The notes beneath the pieces were generated by a model. That model was given only the letters and a program-made list of their open reading frames with translations. It was not told the origin of the DNA and did no database searches. Shown one piece after another: positions 1 through 9,208 of a stretch of 54,257 bases of DNA. The position numbers and the translations under genes were made by a program. This DNA comes from a virus. Lineage: Duplodnaviria > Caudoviricetes. The first letter of the stretch is position 1. Each line of letters starts with the position of its first letter. The stretch lies in IMG/VR virus record IMGVR_UViG_3300031938_000005, positions 1-54,257 of that record, one strand, 5' to 3'.

Positions 1-161
1 ATGCAGAGGGGGGGTCTGTTTTGCGAACCCCCTCCCCCTATTCACATCTTTCACTCCTGTAACACAAAAACTAAGATGCCTCGTGATCGGTGCGAAGTGG
101 TTTGCCATACTCATTGCTTGGCTAGCACTGTTGCGCCGATCACGAGGACTTATACTTCGTT

Positions 162-443
162 CTACTTCAGCATCTCTAGTGCTGAGTCGACAACGTCTGA
201 TGTTGCTGGCACTTCTACCTTTCGATAGATTCCGAGAACGTTCTCACGGACGATCTCATCAATTGCTAGCTCAATCGCAAGAGATTGATCTGCATCAGAC
301 AACTCACTCGACGACTTCGTTACTCTTGCCAGGAAGGCAGTAGTGTGGTAGCCGGCACGTTCATCGAAGGCGTACCACTCATCAAAGTCTGTGAATGGAT
401 CGTAAGGATTGTCGACAGTTGTAAGCATGTGCTCAGCCATCAA
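162..443 (-). CDS. conserved hypothetical phage protein downstream of the RNAP gene
   Basis: 93-aa ORF with AGGAGG RBS, MLTTVDNPYDPF motif; last gene of the transcription unit. Confidence 0.8.
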   Translation of the reverse strand: MMAEHMLTTVDNPYDPFTDFDEWYAFDERAGYHTTAFLARVTKSSSELSDADQSLAIELAIDEIVRENVLGIYRKVEVPATSDVVDSALEMLK

Positions 444-451
444 TCCTCCTT

Positions 452-3181
452 TTACAGACTCTTCTTGAGCGTGGTGAGCGAGACACCTAGCGCATCAGCG
501 ATCTCTGCCTGAGTGTAGCCAAGCTTGGCCATGGACTCAGCACGACGCGTCTTAGTAGACGTCATCAACAGATCCTGCTTAGGCGTAGCCAACTGCCTGA
601 CCCTATCGATGTCAGCATTGTCTAGGATGTCCTTGAGTTTTGCATTGGTGATTGCACCTGCTTGGATCGCATCCCACTCGTCATCAGTGATGTTGATGAG
701 GTTCTTCTTAGCACCCGTACGAATGCGGGCTGCCTCAAGAGCCTGAGACTTCACCTTCTTCAGCTCATCACTACTCATGTTCGGATCTGCTTGCTGCTTG
801 GCCCGGACAGTGGTGTTTGCTAGGAGCTGGGCTTGTCTTTCGAGGGGGCGGTTTGAAACAGCCAGGGCCAACTTACGATTCAGTTCCTTGACTTGGGGGT
901 CAAAGGCCTTCTTCGCAGAGGGAGAGTAAGGCGTCGACTTAGTGTTGACAGAAACCCTACGTGCCTCGTTAGCTAGCGCCTTCATGCGGTTCGAATGATC
1001 CGCATAGATCGACTCCATCTTGGTCCCTGAGGACAGGGTGTGCGCGTTGTCCGTTTCAGCCAACTTAGTGGAACGCGTTGTCTTGTAGACCGTCTTTCCA
1101 TTTTTGTCGACCCAATGGTTGCCGGTCTCTTCATAGACCAACTTGCCAGTAGCCTTATCTACCGGACCACCATTTTTTGCGCTACGGGCTTTGCGCTCCC
1201 TTATATCCTTGCGAGAACTAGCTCGAGAAATAAGAGTCGATGCACCACCGGCTGGCTTGCCTGGTTCATTTTTTGACTGATATTTCTGCTTGAGCTGCTT
1301 GATGTTGTTGTCGACCGCCGACTGTTTCCAGTTGAGCTCATGCTTCTCCGCATCAATAACAACCATGGAATGCTTGACCGCGCGAGCAAGCTCGTCTGGC
1401 GATGCACCCTTGATCGTCATATCCGTGATGAGGTTTGACACGTCTCCCATTTCGAAACCCTTGGTTCGGGCATCCATCGGCTTCATGCCTGGATATTTGG
1501 GATACTCGCGCTTGGGATCGAAGTTCTTCAACTTCTCCAGAGGCGGAGTGCTCTTTATGCGACCGTGGTTGTTCGGAATAACCAAGACGGTGTCTCCGTC
1601 GAAGTCTGCTCCGGACAGTCGCTCTGCGACCTTTGCGTTGATGCCAACTGCGTCGCGTGCTCTCTTACCTAGCAGCGCCTGGGCCGGCTTGTGATTGTTG
1701 TTGACGGTGAGCTCGGGAATTTCGAAGGTGCCGCCATGAGGAAATCGAACTAGCGCCACTCGGTCGCCGTTGTTGAAGTTCGGAGCATATATCTCCGTGT
1801 CCTTCAATGAATTGACCGGCAATATGACGTGAGTTGACTGCCGAGGAAGAGCCGCAGCCTTGAGATGTACCGCCGACGCATCTGCGCCTTCAGCATATGT
1901 CTCGAGAAGCTTTCGCTTCACAGCCGGGTTCGTCAGACGCATGATCTCTTCGAGTTCGTCGCGCTTCCGCTCGTGAGTCACAGCCAGTTGCTCTTGTGCG
2001 AGCTTAGGGCTCTGCTTAGATAGGAACTGAGAAGGTAGGTTGCGAGACCAGGTGTCCCACGCTCCTTCTTCACCAGAACCTTCCTTGTGACCGACAATGT
2101 TCATCACCGAGGTGACGTGTTCTTTGCCCTTGGCATCTACTTCGATCCGCTGTCGGATTGTCGCACCGAACGGGTTGTCGGGGTCATCCTTTAACGCCTT
2201 CATCGCATCCAGCTTGTTACCGGAATTTGACTTGTTGGTGTTGAACATGAGATCCACACCATCAGGGAGGTCATCCTTGTAGACGGCCATTCCCTTCAAG
2301 TAGTGAGTCCCATCGACAGCGATACGAACCTGAGCATAGCGCGCGTTGCCGATTGAAATATCATGAACGCCAGGACGAACGTAGATCACACCATCAGCGA
2401 GGTTGCCACCGTCTTCCGCGTACTTGACAGCGACTCGCTTGGAGTCGATGCTCAGTGGCGGATGGATGCCGAGGTACGTACGCCCGCCATCCTCAGAAAA
2501 TGACTTGACCTGCTGGATGTTTTCTTTGTTCGAGACGATGTCGCGATATGTAGTTCCCGGAGGAGCCAACACCTTGAGCGTCGTCTTATGGCTCGTGCCG
2601 AGCTGATCGACCTGAACCTTCTCGTATGAATATCCCTGCTCTCGCATGAGAGCAACAGCAGTGTCTAGCTTCTGACGACTGATGCCGAGGTGATGTTCCA
2701 CACCCGTGCCGACATCAATATATGCGCCAGAGTCGACACGGTCCTTCAGCTGCTGTGCTGTGTTCTGGAGAATATCCACCTTGTCCTTGACGCCGGCTGC
2801 ACGCAGTGCGCGAACCGAGGATTCCGGAATACCAAGGCGTTCACCGATAGCTACGTTGGAGTAGTTCTTGGCAGCCAAGCGCTCCACCATGGCAATATCC
2901 GCAGCCTTCTGCGCATTCTTAGCAATCGACTTTGCAGTACGAAGCTGAGTCGTGGTCATACCCATACCTTCCGCAATGGCTTGCTCAGAGAGCCCCTGTC
3001 GCTTCAGGTCGTTGACGTGACCAAGAAATGCCTTGTTGCGCTGGCTTCCATTCTCGTCTTCACCAGACCCCCAAGGATATCTTCCGGAGTGTCGAGGTGT
3101 TCCGTAGTGCATCAGGATTGTGTCCCGAACACCGATCGAGTCGAGATATTCCTCGACGTCAATGACGATGCGATCGTTCAT
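452..3181 (-). CDS. single-chain double-psi beta-barrel (two-barrel, YonO/QDE-1-like) DNA-dependent RNA polymerase with several HTH motifs
   Basis: Catalytic LSGADFDGDTV, preceding VRFPHGG (RxP), second-barrel motifs ADGVIYV, YAQVRI, YLKGMA; HTH-like segments GLSEQAIAEGMGM, YSNVAIGERLGIPESSVR, C-terminal GYTQAEIADALGVSLTTL. Confidence 0.85.
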   Translation of the reverse strand: MNDRIVIDVEEYLDSIGVRDTILMHYGTPRHSGRYPWGSGEDENGSQRNKAFLGHVNDLKRQGLSEQAIAEGMGMTTTQLRTAKSIAKNAQKAADIAMVERLAAKNYSNVAIGERLGIPESSVRALRAAGVKDKVDILQNTAQQLKDRVDSGAYIDVGTGVEHHLGISRQKLDTAVALMREQGYSYEKVQVDQLGTSHKTTLKVLAPPGTTYRDIVSNKENIQQVKSFSEDGGRTYLGIHPPLSIDSKRVAVKYAEDGGNLADGVIYVRPGVHDISIGNARYAQVRIAVDGTHYLKGMAVYKDDLPDGVDLMFNTNKSNSGNKLDAMKALKDDPDNPFGATIRQRIEVDAKGKEHVTSVMNIVGHKEGSGEEGAWDTWSRNLPSQFLSKQSPKLAQEQLAVTHERKRDELEEIMRLTNPAVKRKLLETYAEGADASAVHLKAAALPRQSTHVILPVNSLKDTEIYAPNFNNGDRVALVRFPHGGTFEIPELTVNNNHKPAQALLGKRARDAVGINAKVAERLSGADFDGDTVLVIPNNHGRIKSTPPLEKLKNFDPKREYPKYPGMKPMDARTKGFEMGDVSNLITDMTIKGASPDELARAVKHSMVVIDAEKHELNWKQSAVDNNIKQLKQKYQSKNEPGKPAGGASTLISRASSRKDIRERKARSAKNGGPVDKATGKLVYEETGNHWVDKNGKTVYKTTRSTKLAETDNAHTLSSGTKMESIYADHSNRMKALANEARRVSVNTKSTPYSPSAKKAFDPQVKELNRKLALAVSNRPLERQAQLLANTTVRAKQQADPNMSSDELKKVKSQALEAARIRTGAKKNLINITDDEWDAIQAGAITNAKLKDILDNADIDRVRQLATPKQDLLMTSTKTRRAESMAKLGYTQAEIADALGVSLTTLKKSL

Positions 3182-3759
3182 CAGTCGAGCTCCTCTCGGC
3201 TATTGATCCAGTTGTCGAACGAAATAACCTGACCCATGATGATCATGATCTCCTCAGGATCGGCCAGATATTCGCGACACTCATTTGCCTGGTAGATGCG
3301 AAGTTCCGTGGTGACATCGTTCGGCATGATGCCGAGACCGCCGCCATATTCCAAGAAGAAGAACGCAGCATAGACCAACAGCTGCTTCTCCGAGGTCGGA
3401 TTCTCACCAGTCTTGAGGTCGCTGATCCGAAGGAACCGTCCGCGCTTTCCGTCCTTGTAGGATATGGCGTCAGGAGTTCCGAAGGCGTTGGGCGAATAGA
3501 ACAACGTAAGCTCGGGAGTCATCTGAAACCCGATTGCGTCGTTCACGTACATGTTCAATGTACGCTTGCTGTTCGGAAGCTTCTCGCCTAGACGAATAAG
3601 CTGATGAGCCAGAGCGTGTAGTTCTGATCCGCGCTTTGCTGCCTGGGAGCGCTCAAACGCTGCCGCAAGCTTCTCCTCGTCGTAGTTCAGCCAGGAGTAC
3701 TTACTGGCGGACAAGAACGCGTGCTGCCCTGCGAGGGCGAAATGCGAGTTCCATTTCAT
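3181..3759 (-). CDS. PD-(D/E)XK (Cas4/RecB-like) nuclease
   Basis: HAFLSAS, RGSELH, FGTPDAI, ISDLKTG, QLLVYA motifs; start reassigned to MKWNSH. Confidence 0.75.
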   Translation of the reverse strand: MKWNSHFALAGQHAFLSASKYSWLNYDEEKLAAAFERSQAAKRGSELHALAHQLIRLGEKLPNSKRTLNMYVNDAIGFQMTPELTLFYSPNAFGTPDAISYKDGKRGRFLRISDLKTGENPTSEKQLLVYAAFFFLEYGGGLGIMPNDVTTELRIYQANECREYLADPEEIMIIMGQVISFDNWINSREELD

Positions 3760-4036
3760 GTAAGACGTCCTCTTCATTCTCAGGATAGATGCAAGCCGAA
3801 AACGACATCTGGTTGAGCTGCTCAATGTACCATTCCTGGTTTGGCTCAAAATCAGATGCTTTGGTTGGGCGCTTGCGCTTGACTTCCAAGATCGCCCAGT
3901 AAGGTCCGTGGAGAATGAGAAGATCAGGGATCCCTTGGCGGTACTGCGTGTCCAGCTTCTGGATCAAGCAACCGGGGAACCGACGCTCCATGCGATCGAT
4001 CAGTCCGGCTTGGTAATCCCGCTCTAGTTTTCCCAT
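3701..4036 (-). CDS. VRR-NUC-like nuclease
   Basis: E...GIPDLLIL...LEVKR...PNQEWY motif pattern. Confidence 0.8.
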   Translation of the reverse strand: MGKLERDYQAGLIDRMERRFPGCLIQKLDTQYRQGIPDLLILHGPYWAILEVKRKRPTKASDFEPNQEWYIEQLNQMSFSACIYPENEEDVLHEMELAFRPRRAARVLVRQ

Positions 4037-4083
4037 TCTTCACTCCTTTCACACGAAAAACAGAAGGCTTGCTTCCGTCCCTT

Positions 4084-4110
4084 CTATTATAATCCGCGAT
4101 CTACGTGCGA
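4084..4110 (-). promoter_or_regulatory. phage promoter motif copy (TCGCA-N14-TATAAT-AG)
   Basis: TCGCACGTAGATCGCGGATTATAATAG; same spacing as the 11 other copies. Confidence 0.7.
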
Positions 4111-4118
4111 CATAATAC

Positions 4119-4619
4119 CTAATTCTCGATCACCTCGAAAAATTGGTACGTCGGCCACACATAGGTTCGGGCATGGGATGCCGCCAATATCTCACTGAAC
4201 AGAAGTCCATAGAGCATCGACGCTTCTTGAATACGTGAGAACTCTTGACGGGTCTTCACCTCTCTGACTGGGATATGGGAAGTCTTGAATGCTTGAGTGT
4301 CAAACTGCAAGTGGTACTTGATGGCGAAGTATCGCGGTCGCCACAGCATGTTCTCCACGGAACAGTTCCAGCGGTTGCCGTCTCTGTGGATCAGAGATAT
4401 GAAGTCGTTCCTCTTAGGAGGCTCCATGAACGTCTTACCGACCAGCTGGTTAACACTCCTCGTATATGTCTCACCATCACGTAGCAGGTTTACCTTGAGC
4501 TGGCCTTGCTGGTTTGTGGACGGAACTAATATCCGTCTGCTCTTGAGTGACTCGATCCTTCCTTGATCGCTGATCCTATATTTCGGGAACTCGGCGATCT
4601 CTCGCCATTCCTCGTTCAT
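4119..4619 (-). CDS. NUMOD4/HNH endonuclease-like protein
   Basis: EEWREIAEFPKYRISDQGRI (NUMOD4-like) and IHRDGNRWNCSVENMLW (HNH-like). Confidence 0.75.
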   Translation of the reverse strand: MNEEWREIAEFPKYRISDQGRIESLKSRRILVPSTNQQGQLKVNLLRDGETYTRSVNQLVGKTFMEPPKRNDFISLIHRDGNRWNCSVENMLWRPRYFAIKYHLQFDTQAFKTSHIPVREVKTRQEFSRIQEASMLYGLLFSEILAASHARTYVWPTYQFFEVIEN

Positions 4620-4648
4620 CTTCCTCCTTGTTATCCCTGTGACGCCTG

Positions 4649-4937
4649 TTGTCAAAAATCCGTTTTTGCTCGATAAAACTTTTACTTTTCTAAGACTTAA
4701 TACCTAATACTATTCTCGCGCGTATATAGGGGATAGGTAATTAGGTATTAAGTGTCAAGAAAAAGAAAGTTTTCTCGACTTTTTTTGGGTTTTTGACAAG
4801 ATCAGCGATTCCTGCGATGTAATACCCAAGAACTGAGAGAATTTGAGCACAACGAGCCCTCGTCCGATCGCAACCCGGCTTGACAAATCCGTTTCAGATT
4901 TGACAAGATCTGTCAAATTTCTGACAAGATTTGACAG
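4649..4937. other. candidate replication origin: ~150-bp AT-rich imperfect palindrome plus TGACA boxes
   Basis: ACTTAATACCTAAT (4695-4708) / ATTAGGTATTAAGT (4740-4753), outer arms TTGTCAAAAA / TTTTTGACAA, five TGACA/TGTCA boxes at 4880-4937; non-coding, next to the helicase. Confidence 0.6.
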
Positions 4938-6470
4938 TTACCAGGTCATCTTGCGACCGAACGAGGACTCGTTGAAGGACTTTTTGGCACTCAGCGACTT
5001 GCGAATCGCTAGATCAATCCACGATTTCGACACCAACGCGTAGTAGTACAACGTCGAATATGGAGTGTTCAGTCGATCGATTCGTCCGAACGCCTGATGC
5101 CAGTTCTTGTACGAATACGTGAGTGAGTAGAATACCATCGCATCGGTTGTGATGCAGTTCCACCCTTCAGAGCCGGCTGCGTATTGAACTAGATATACCC
5201 AACGCTCACTCGTTGGTACTGAATCGTGCTTGTGGCCGTTCCACTCCGCAAGCACTACATCGCTCGATATCCCAGGTAAGGGTGACGAGCTCTGAGAAGA
5301 CTTTGCTACACAGGTGGACCCAACTGACTGGCTTAGTGTGGTCATGACTCCAGACTTGCCCGAGGACGCGAGGTTCGAGGAAAGATTCCGATCGCGCTGG
5401 ATCGAATCCTGGAGCCTCTGGATCTCGTTCGATCGCGTAATCGTTGAAGTCCCACTCCTTGTCTTGCTCATCGATCTTGATGAATCGGACGGCTCGACAT
5501 CCTGAGCAGCCACACCCTGGTCCAGACTTCTGAGGTTCAGGGTCTGGTCCGAACCATTCTCCCGTTGCTGTGCTGTGTCGGTTCTTCCTGAGGATGCTCC
5601 AAGAGAGATTTGATTCTCGCTCGTAAGAGTCCTCAGCTGCTCGAGCTCGTAGTCGAAGTTGTAGAACACAATCAGGCGTGGATGTTTCTCCATTAACGTT
5701 CGCACAGATAACAAACGCGTCGGGTCGGAATTCACAACCTTCCTGCTTACACGGAACAATTCCGCTACGTCCCTCAACGGCTTGTCCTCGAACACATTCC
5801 ACCGCTTCTTCACCACGGTGGTCAGGGCTTCCTGGTCGAACTCCACGTTCTTCCATGTTAGTTTCCTTGTCGTTGTGCGGGTGAACGGCATGTCCACCAG
5901 AATTTGGTTGCGTAGGCGAACTAGCTTGCCCGTACTTAGGTATCGCTGGACCTTCGGGAACTTGACTCGAGGCATCCAGACGACATGCTCGTCCACGAAA
6001 GCGGTCTTGTTCTTGTAGAACCCGTTTGCCACGAATACAGGAATGTAGTCCATCCATGTATCGCCAGGTGTCGCAGAGAGCAGAACCCATCGGTTAGCCC
6101 GGGCAATCTTGTAGAACGATTTGGTCCACGACCCACTTCCCACAAGACGTTGTTCGTCAAATACAAAGAACGCGTCTTTGACATCTACATACCGTCCGAT
6201 GTTGTTCCAGGAGTCCACAGTGAGGACTCCTCGAAGGGTGGCATCTCTTGATGTACCCACTCCAAAGGCCACGAATTCCGCGAGCCAGTCGAGAGAGTCT
6301 CGCTTCTTGGCTGTGGTGATAACGTAGACATCACGAGGAGATTCTTTCTCTGCGTAGTACGCAGCGACGGTACGAGACTTTCCGGTCCCGACATCCCCGA
6401 CGAGGATGTTTCCGTTCTGGAGTTCATCAACTGCCTTTCTCTGGTGGGGATATAGGGGTACCTCCTTCAT
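4938..6470 (-). CDS. SF2 (SNF2-like) DNA helicase with a ~120-aa insertion
   Basis: LYPHQ, GDVGTGKS, FDEQR, LSATPG, EGWN, QAFGRIDR motifs. Confidence 0.85.
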   Translation of the reverse strand: MKEVPLYPHQRKAVDELQNGNILVGDVGTGKSRTVAAYYAEKESPRDVYVITTAKKRDSLDWLAEFVAFGVGTSRDATLRGVLTVDSWNNIGRYVDVKDAFFVFDEQRLVGSGSWTKSFYKIARANRWVLLSATPGDTWMDYIPVFVANGFYKNKTAFVDEHVVWMPRVKFPKVQRYLSTGKLVRLRNQILVDMPFTRTTTRKLTWKNVEFDQEALTTVVKKRWNVFEDKPLRDVAELFRVSRKVVNSDPTRLLSVRTLMEKHPRLIVFYNFDYELEQLRTLTSENQISLGASSGRTDTAQQRENGSDQTLNLRSLDQGVAAQDVEPSDSSRSMSKTRSGTSTITRSNEIQRLQDSIQRDRNLSSNLASSGKSGVMTTLSQSVGSTCVAKSSQSSSPLPGISSDVVLAEWNGHKHDSVPTSERWVYLVQYAAGSEGWNCITTDAMVFYSLTYSYKNWHQAFGRIDRLNTPYSTLYYYALVSKSWIDLAIRKSLSAKKSFNESSFGRKMTW

Positions 6471-6651
6471 GCGCCTCCCTTCCGTCTAATGAATGATGAG
6501 TGGTCAACCAGCCGAACGATCCGTCCTTACCGGGCACCGGTTCGGTTTTCGGGCCACATATACAGTCGGGAACGTGATCGATCAGGTCATTGATCGGAAC
6601 TACGTGAACTGTGGAAAATGCGTCACGCTCACGTTTGCATTCCCAACTCAT
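6427..6651 (-). CDS. hypothetical protein (His/Cys motif)
   Basis: 74-aa ORF overlapping the helicase start; H..CxC..HHSLDGRE. Confidence 0.6.
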   Translation of the reverse strand: MSWECKRERDAFSTVHVVPINDLIDHVPDCICGPKTEPVPGKDGSFGWLTTHHSLDGREAHEGGTPISPPEKGS

Positions 6652-6654
6652 ATG

Positions 6655-6798
6655 CTATGACTTCTTCGGAGTACGAATAACGTGCTGCTTTTCACAGCGG
6701 TCATCGTTGCAGTTATAGAACATCCATGATGGATGCGTCTTGTCCAGCCGGCCGATAAATCTCAGCTCGCACTTGTGATGTTTCTTGAGTATTTTCAT
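6655..6798 (-). CDS. small Cys/His-rich hypothetical protein (47 aa)
   Basis: Manually read MKILKKHHKCELRF...; start overlaps the upstream stop (ATGA). Confidence 0.5.
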   Translation of the reverse strand: MKILKKHHKCELRFIGRLDKTHPSWMFYNCNDDRCEKQHVIRTPKKS

Positions 6799-7019
6799 CG
6801 GACCATTCCGAGTCGAGCCTGGCGCTGACGCTCAACCTCCATTGCGATTGCGGGGTTGTAGGTCTGACCATCGATCGACACGATTCCCGCTCCAGGGAAT
6901 ATGGACGGGCTGTGGTCGAGGCTGATCGCCATGATCTTGACCTTCTCGAAGAGCTTGATCGGGCGAACCTCATGACAGATACACCCTTCGCCGGCGCACT
7001 TGTCGATTGACTTCTTCAT
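6795..7019 (-). CDS. hypothetical protein
   Basis: MKKSIDKCAGEGCICH..., AAAGGAG RBS. Confidence 0.6.
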   Translation of the reverse strand: MKKSIDKCAGEGCICHEVRPIKLFEKVKIMAISLDHSPSIFPGAGIVSIDGQTYNPAIAMEVERQRQARLGMVR

Positions 7020-7159
7020 CCTCGAACTCCTTTCCAAAATAAGCCGCCGTTCATGTAGAACGGACGGTTGCACCCGTCGCAACGGAATGCATAGGTTTTG
7101 CCGTACTTCTCGAATATGTATCCGATCAAGTACAGCTTGTGTTTGTTACAACTGATCAT
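7016..7159 (-). CDS. small Zn-ribbon-like protein (47 aa)
   Basis: Manually read MISCNKHKL...RCDGCNRPF; ATGA coupling at both ends. Confidence 0.55.
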   Translation of the reverse strand: MISCNKHKLYLIGYIFEKYGKTYAFRCDGCNRPFYMNGGLFWKGVRG

Positions 7160-7426
7160 GGTGCTCCGAATGGGTTCCAGCGGTAGTTGATTGCCAGAAT
7201 CAATATGATCAGCAGAATCGGAATACCCGTAGCGATGAGAATCCGATCTGCCAGCTGCAGTAGGCGCTTCTGCCTGTCACTGAGTCGTCTGGTCAACGGC
7301 TCCACTCCTTTCCACAACTGCACTTGATCAACCACCCCTTCCTGTTGGCCTCCTTGGAGAGTTCGGTGACGAACTTCCGAACCTCCATTGAGTGGCCAAG
7401 GAACCAACCGTGGTAGAGATATAAGG

Positions 7427-7648
7427 TCACAAACCCTCCTTCAGCGTTGCGTGATATGCCTGAGCTTCTTCACACCATTCACCGACGTCATACTTCTGAC
7501 CAAGAAGTGATGTGTGCTTCTCCACAACTTCCTTGGCGACATGCATCTTCTCGTCTGTGTGATTCCACTCAATACCACCCATCCACTGAGTGACCGTAGC
7601 AGTACCATTAAATCCGCAGGAATATGTGTGAGGCGGCTGAGTTTTCAC
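7427..7648 (-). CDS. hypothetical protein
   Basis: 73-aa ORF in the tightly packed operon. Confidence 0.6.
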   Translation of the reverse strand: MKTQPPHTYSCGFNGTATVTQWMGGIEWNHTDEKMHVAKEVVEKHTSLLGQKYDVGEWCEEAQAYHATLKEGL

Positions 7649-8040
7649 AGCTCGATCCCCTCGGACTTGAGGATGACCTTCGGCGTCAGCTTCTGAGCCT
7701 CATCCATGAGCACCTTGTCGGCGGTAAGACCGTCGCGTCGCACCTCGGGAAGCACAACGTCGTACTCGACCGTGATCTTCTTGCCCTTGGTTATTCCGGT
7801 CTGACGCATGATCTCAAGCTCACGGATTGATCGGCCCGAGCGTCGAGCCACACGCCGCAGGTTCCGCTTCGACAGCGTTACCGTCTCCTTGATTCCTGAC
7901 TTCGGACGCGTGAAAGCGTGCTCTCGAGGACTGAGTCCGATCTGTGCGTGGACGATATGTCCCGCCGGCCGAGCACACACCCCATAGTCTGGGATGTTGA
8001 AAGTGCAGGGCGTAGAGCCGTTGGGGTTGGGGATGTTCAC
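7645..8040 (-). CDS. hypothetical protein
   Basis: GTG start (VNIPNPN...), coupled to the next gene. Confidence 0.55.
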   Translation of the reverse strand: MNIPNPNGSTPCTFNIPDYGVCARPAGHIVHAQIGLSPREHAFTRPKSGIKETVTLSKRNLRRVARRSGRSIRELEIMRQTGITKGKKITVEYDVVLPEVRRDGLTADKVLMDEAQKLTPKVILKSEGIEL

Positions 8041-8237
8041 TTCGACTTCCGATCTCGAGATATGAATGCGGCGAAACAGTAGGCAAGCAACCCCCACCAC
8101 ATGATGTAAACGAAAGGCTCTAGTGCTTCTCTCATCGGGTATGCGCCGCCCAGTCGAACACAATCCACAGCATGATCAGCACGGCGATGGTGAGAATGAT
8201 CTCCGCGACGATTCGCATCTGACGCATTATGGCTCTC

Positions 8238-8411
8238 CTAACGAGTGTGAATAACGACCATGGCGTCTCCGCTCATCGCCATTGGATCTGAGACAATATG
8301 AAGAAGATCAGCACCGCGGGGCTCAAGGTCTGGGTACTTTTCGACATGCTCCTCCCAAGTGAGACAACCGTCCTCACATTCGGGAACGAAGTACTTTTCG
8401 ATTCCGTCCAT
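8238..8411 (-). CDS. hypothetical protein
   Basis: MDGIEKYFVPECEDGC..., TAATG coupling. Confidence 0.55.
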   Translation of the reverse strand: MDGIEKYFVPECEDGCLTWEEHVEKYPDLEPRGADLLHIVSDPMAMSGDAMVVIHTR

Positions 8412-8731
8412 TACTCCCCGGCTCCTCTCATCAGCATTCCAGCGATCTTCATGCAGACGTTGCAGGCATCGAACTTCTCGGGGTTGTGCTTCGGGACCCA
8501 CCGATATCCACACAGAGACACGATCTCCAGCCCGAGGAATCGAGCAGTGTCGACGATCTCTTTGGCCCTCATATCGCGGCCGAGAGCGATGCTCTGGTTC
8601 ATCTCAGCGTTGACAATATGCGTGCGTCGGTTCGGGTCGTCGCTGTCTTCGTAGGGCATCAAGTCCTCGAGCATGATCTCCAGCTCGGACTGTTGCGTGT
8701 AGTCAATGGTATCCGATACGGCAGTGCTCAT
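8411..8731 (-). CDS. DUF3039-like actinobacterial Zn-binding protein
   Basis: TH...IVSLCGYRWVP...P..FDACNVC pattern. Confidence 0.65.
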   Translation of the reverse strand: MSTAVSDTIDYTQQSELEIMLEDLMPYEDSDDPNRRTHIVNAEMNQSIALGRDMRAKEIVDTARFLGLEIVSLCGYRWVPKHNPEKFDACNVCMKIAGMLMRGAGE

Positions 8732-8913
8732 TGCGGCTTACTCCTGAATGCGAAAGTAGAGCGAATAAGGTGGAGAGTATGGTTCACTGTGTTGAGGATT
8801 TGAACCTTCTCGTCAGCAGCGAGGTCGTCCCATGCGCGTGTGTTGCCCAGGAAACGACCCCGCTGCTCGTTGTACCAGCCCTTGGCGATTCCCTCGAGCT
8901 GTTCTTCGGTCAT
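8728..8913 (-). CDS. hypothetical protein
   Basis: 61 aa, ATGA coupling at both ends. Confidence 0.6.
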   Translation of the reverse strand: MTEEQLEGIAKGWYNEQRGRFLGNTRAWDDLAADEKVQILNTVNHTLHLIRSTFAFRSKPQ

Positions 8914-9206
8914 GGCTTGTTGTTGCCCTTACCATTATCATCCATCTCCCGATAGAGTCGCTGAAAAGCAGCGTTGGTGCGAACCAAGGGCCGGTTCTCG
9001 GAGTCGACGATCGCCCAGTCATTGACACTCATGGAAAATGATCCACCCTTCTCGCCGGAGACGGTGAATACAGCTCCAGTCTTCGCGTCATTGATGTCGA
9101 CCCGCGAAGCTCCGAACATCTGAGCGATCTCCCAGACCGACGGCATGTCCGTCATCTGGAGTGCCTGAACCGGCTGAGGGATGGTCTCGTACGTCTTGAT
9201 GGTCAC
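8910..9206 (-). CDS. hypothetical protein (paralogue of 10839..11258 and 12425..12715)
   Basis: GTG start with AGGAGA RBS; PVQALQ...DWAI...F..LY pattern. Confidence 0.65.
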   Translation of the reverse strand: MTIKTYETIPQPVQALQMTDMPSVWEIAQMFGASRVDINDAKTGAVFTVSGEKGGSFSMSVNDWAIVDSENRPLVRTNAAFQRLYREMDDNGKGNNKP

Positions 9207-9208
9207 TT

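Noticed and set aside
3181-3759. Cas4-like nuclease as evidence of a CRISPR system
   Set aside because: Stand-alone PD-(D/E)XK nucleases are common in phages; no cas1/cas2 or array is present
5260-5630. Intein or group I intron in the helicase
   Set aside because: No C/S...HN-C/S/T intein ends and no recognisable group I P7 core; kept instead as an overprinting or frameshift candidate
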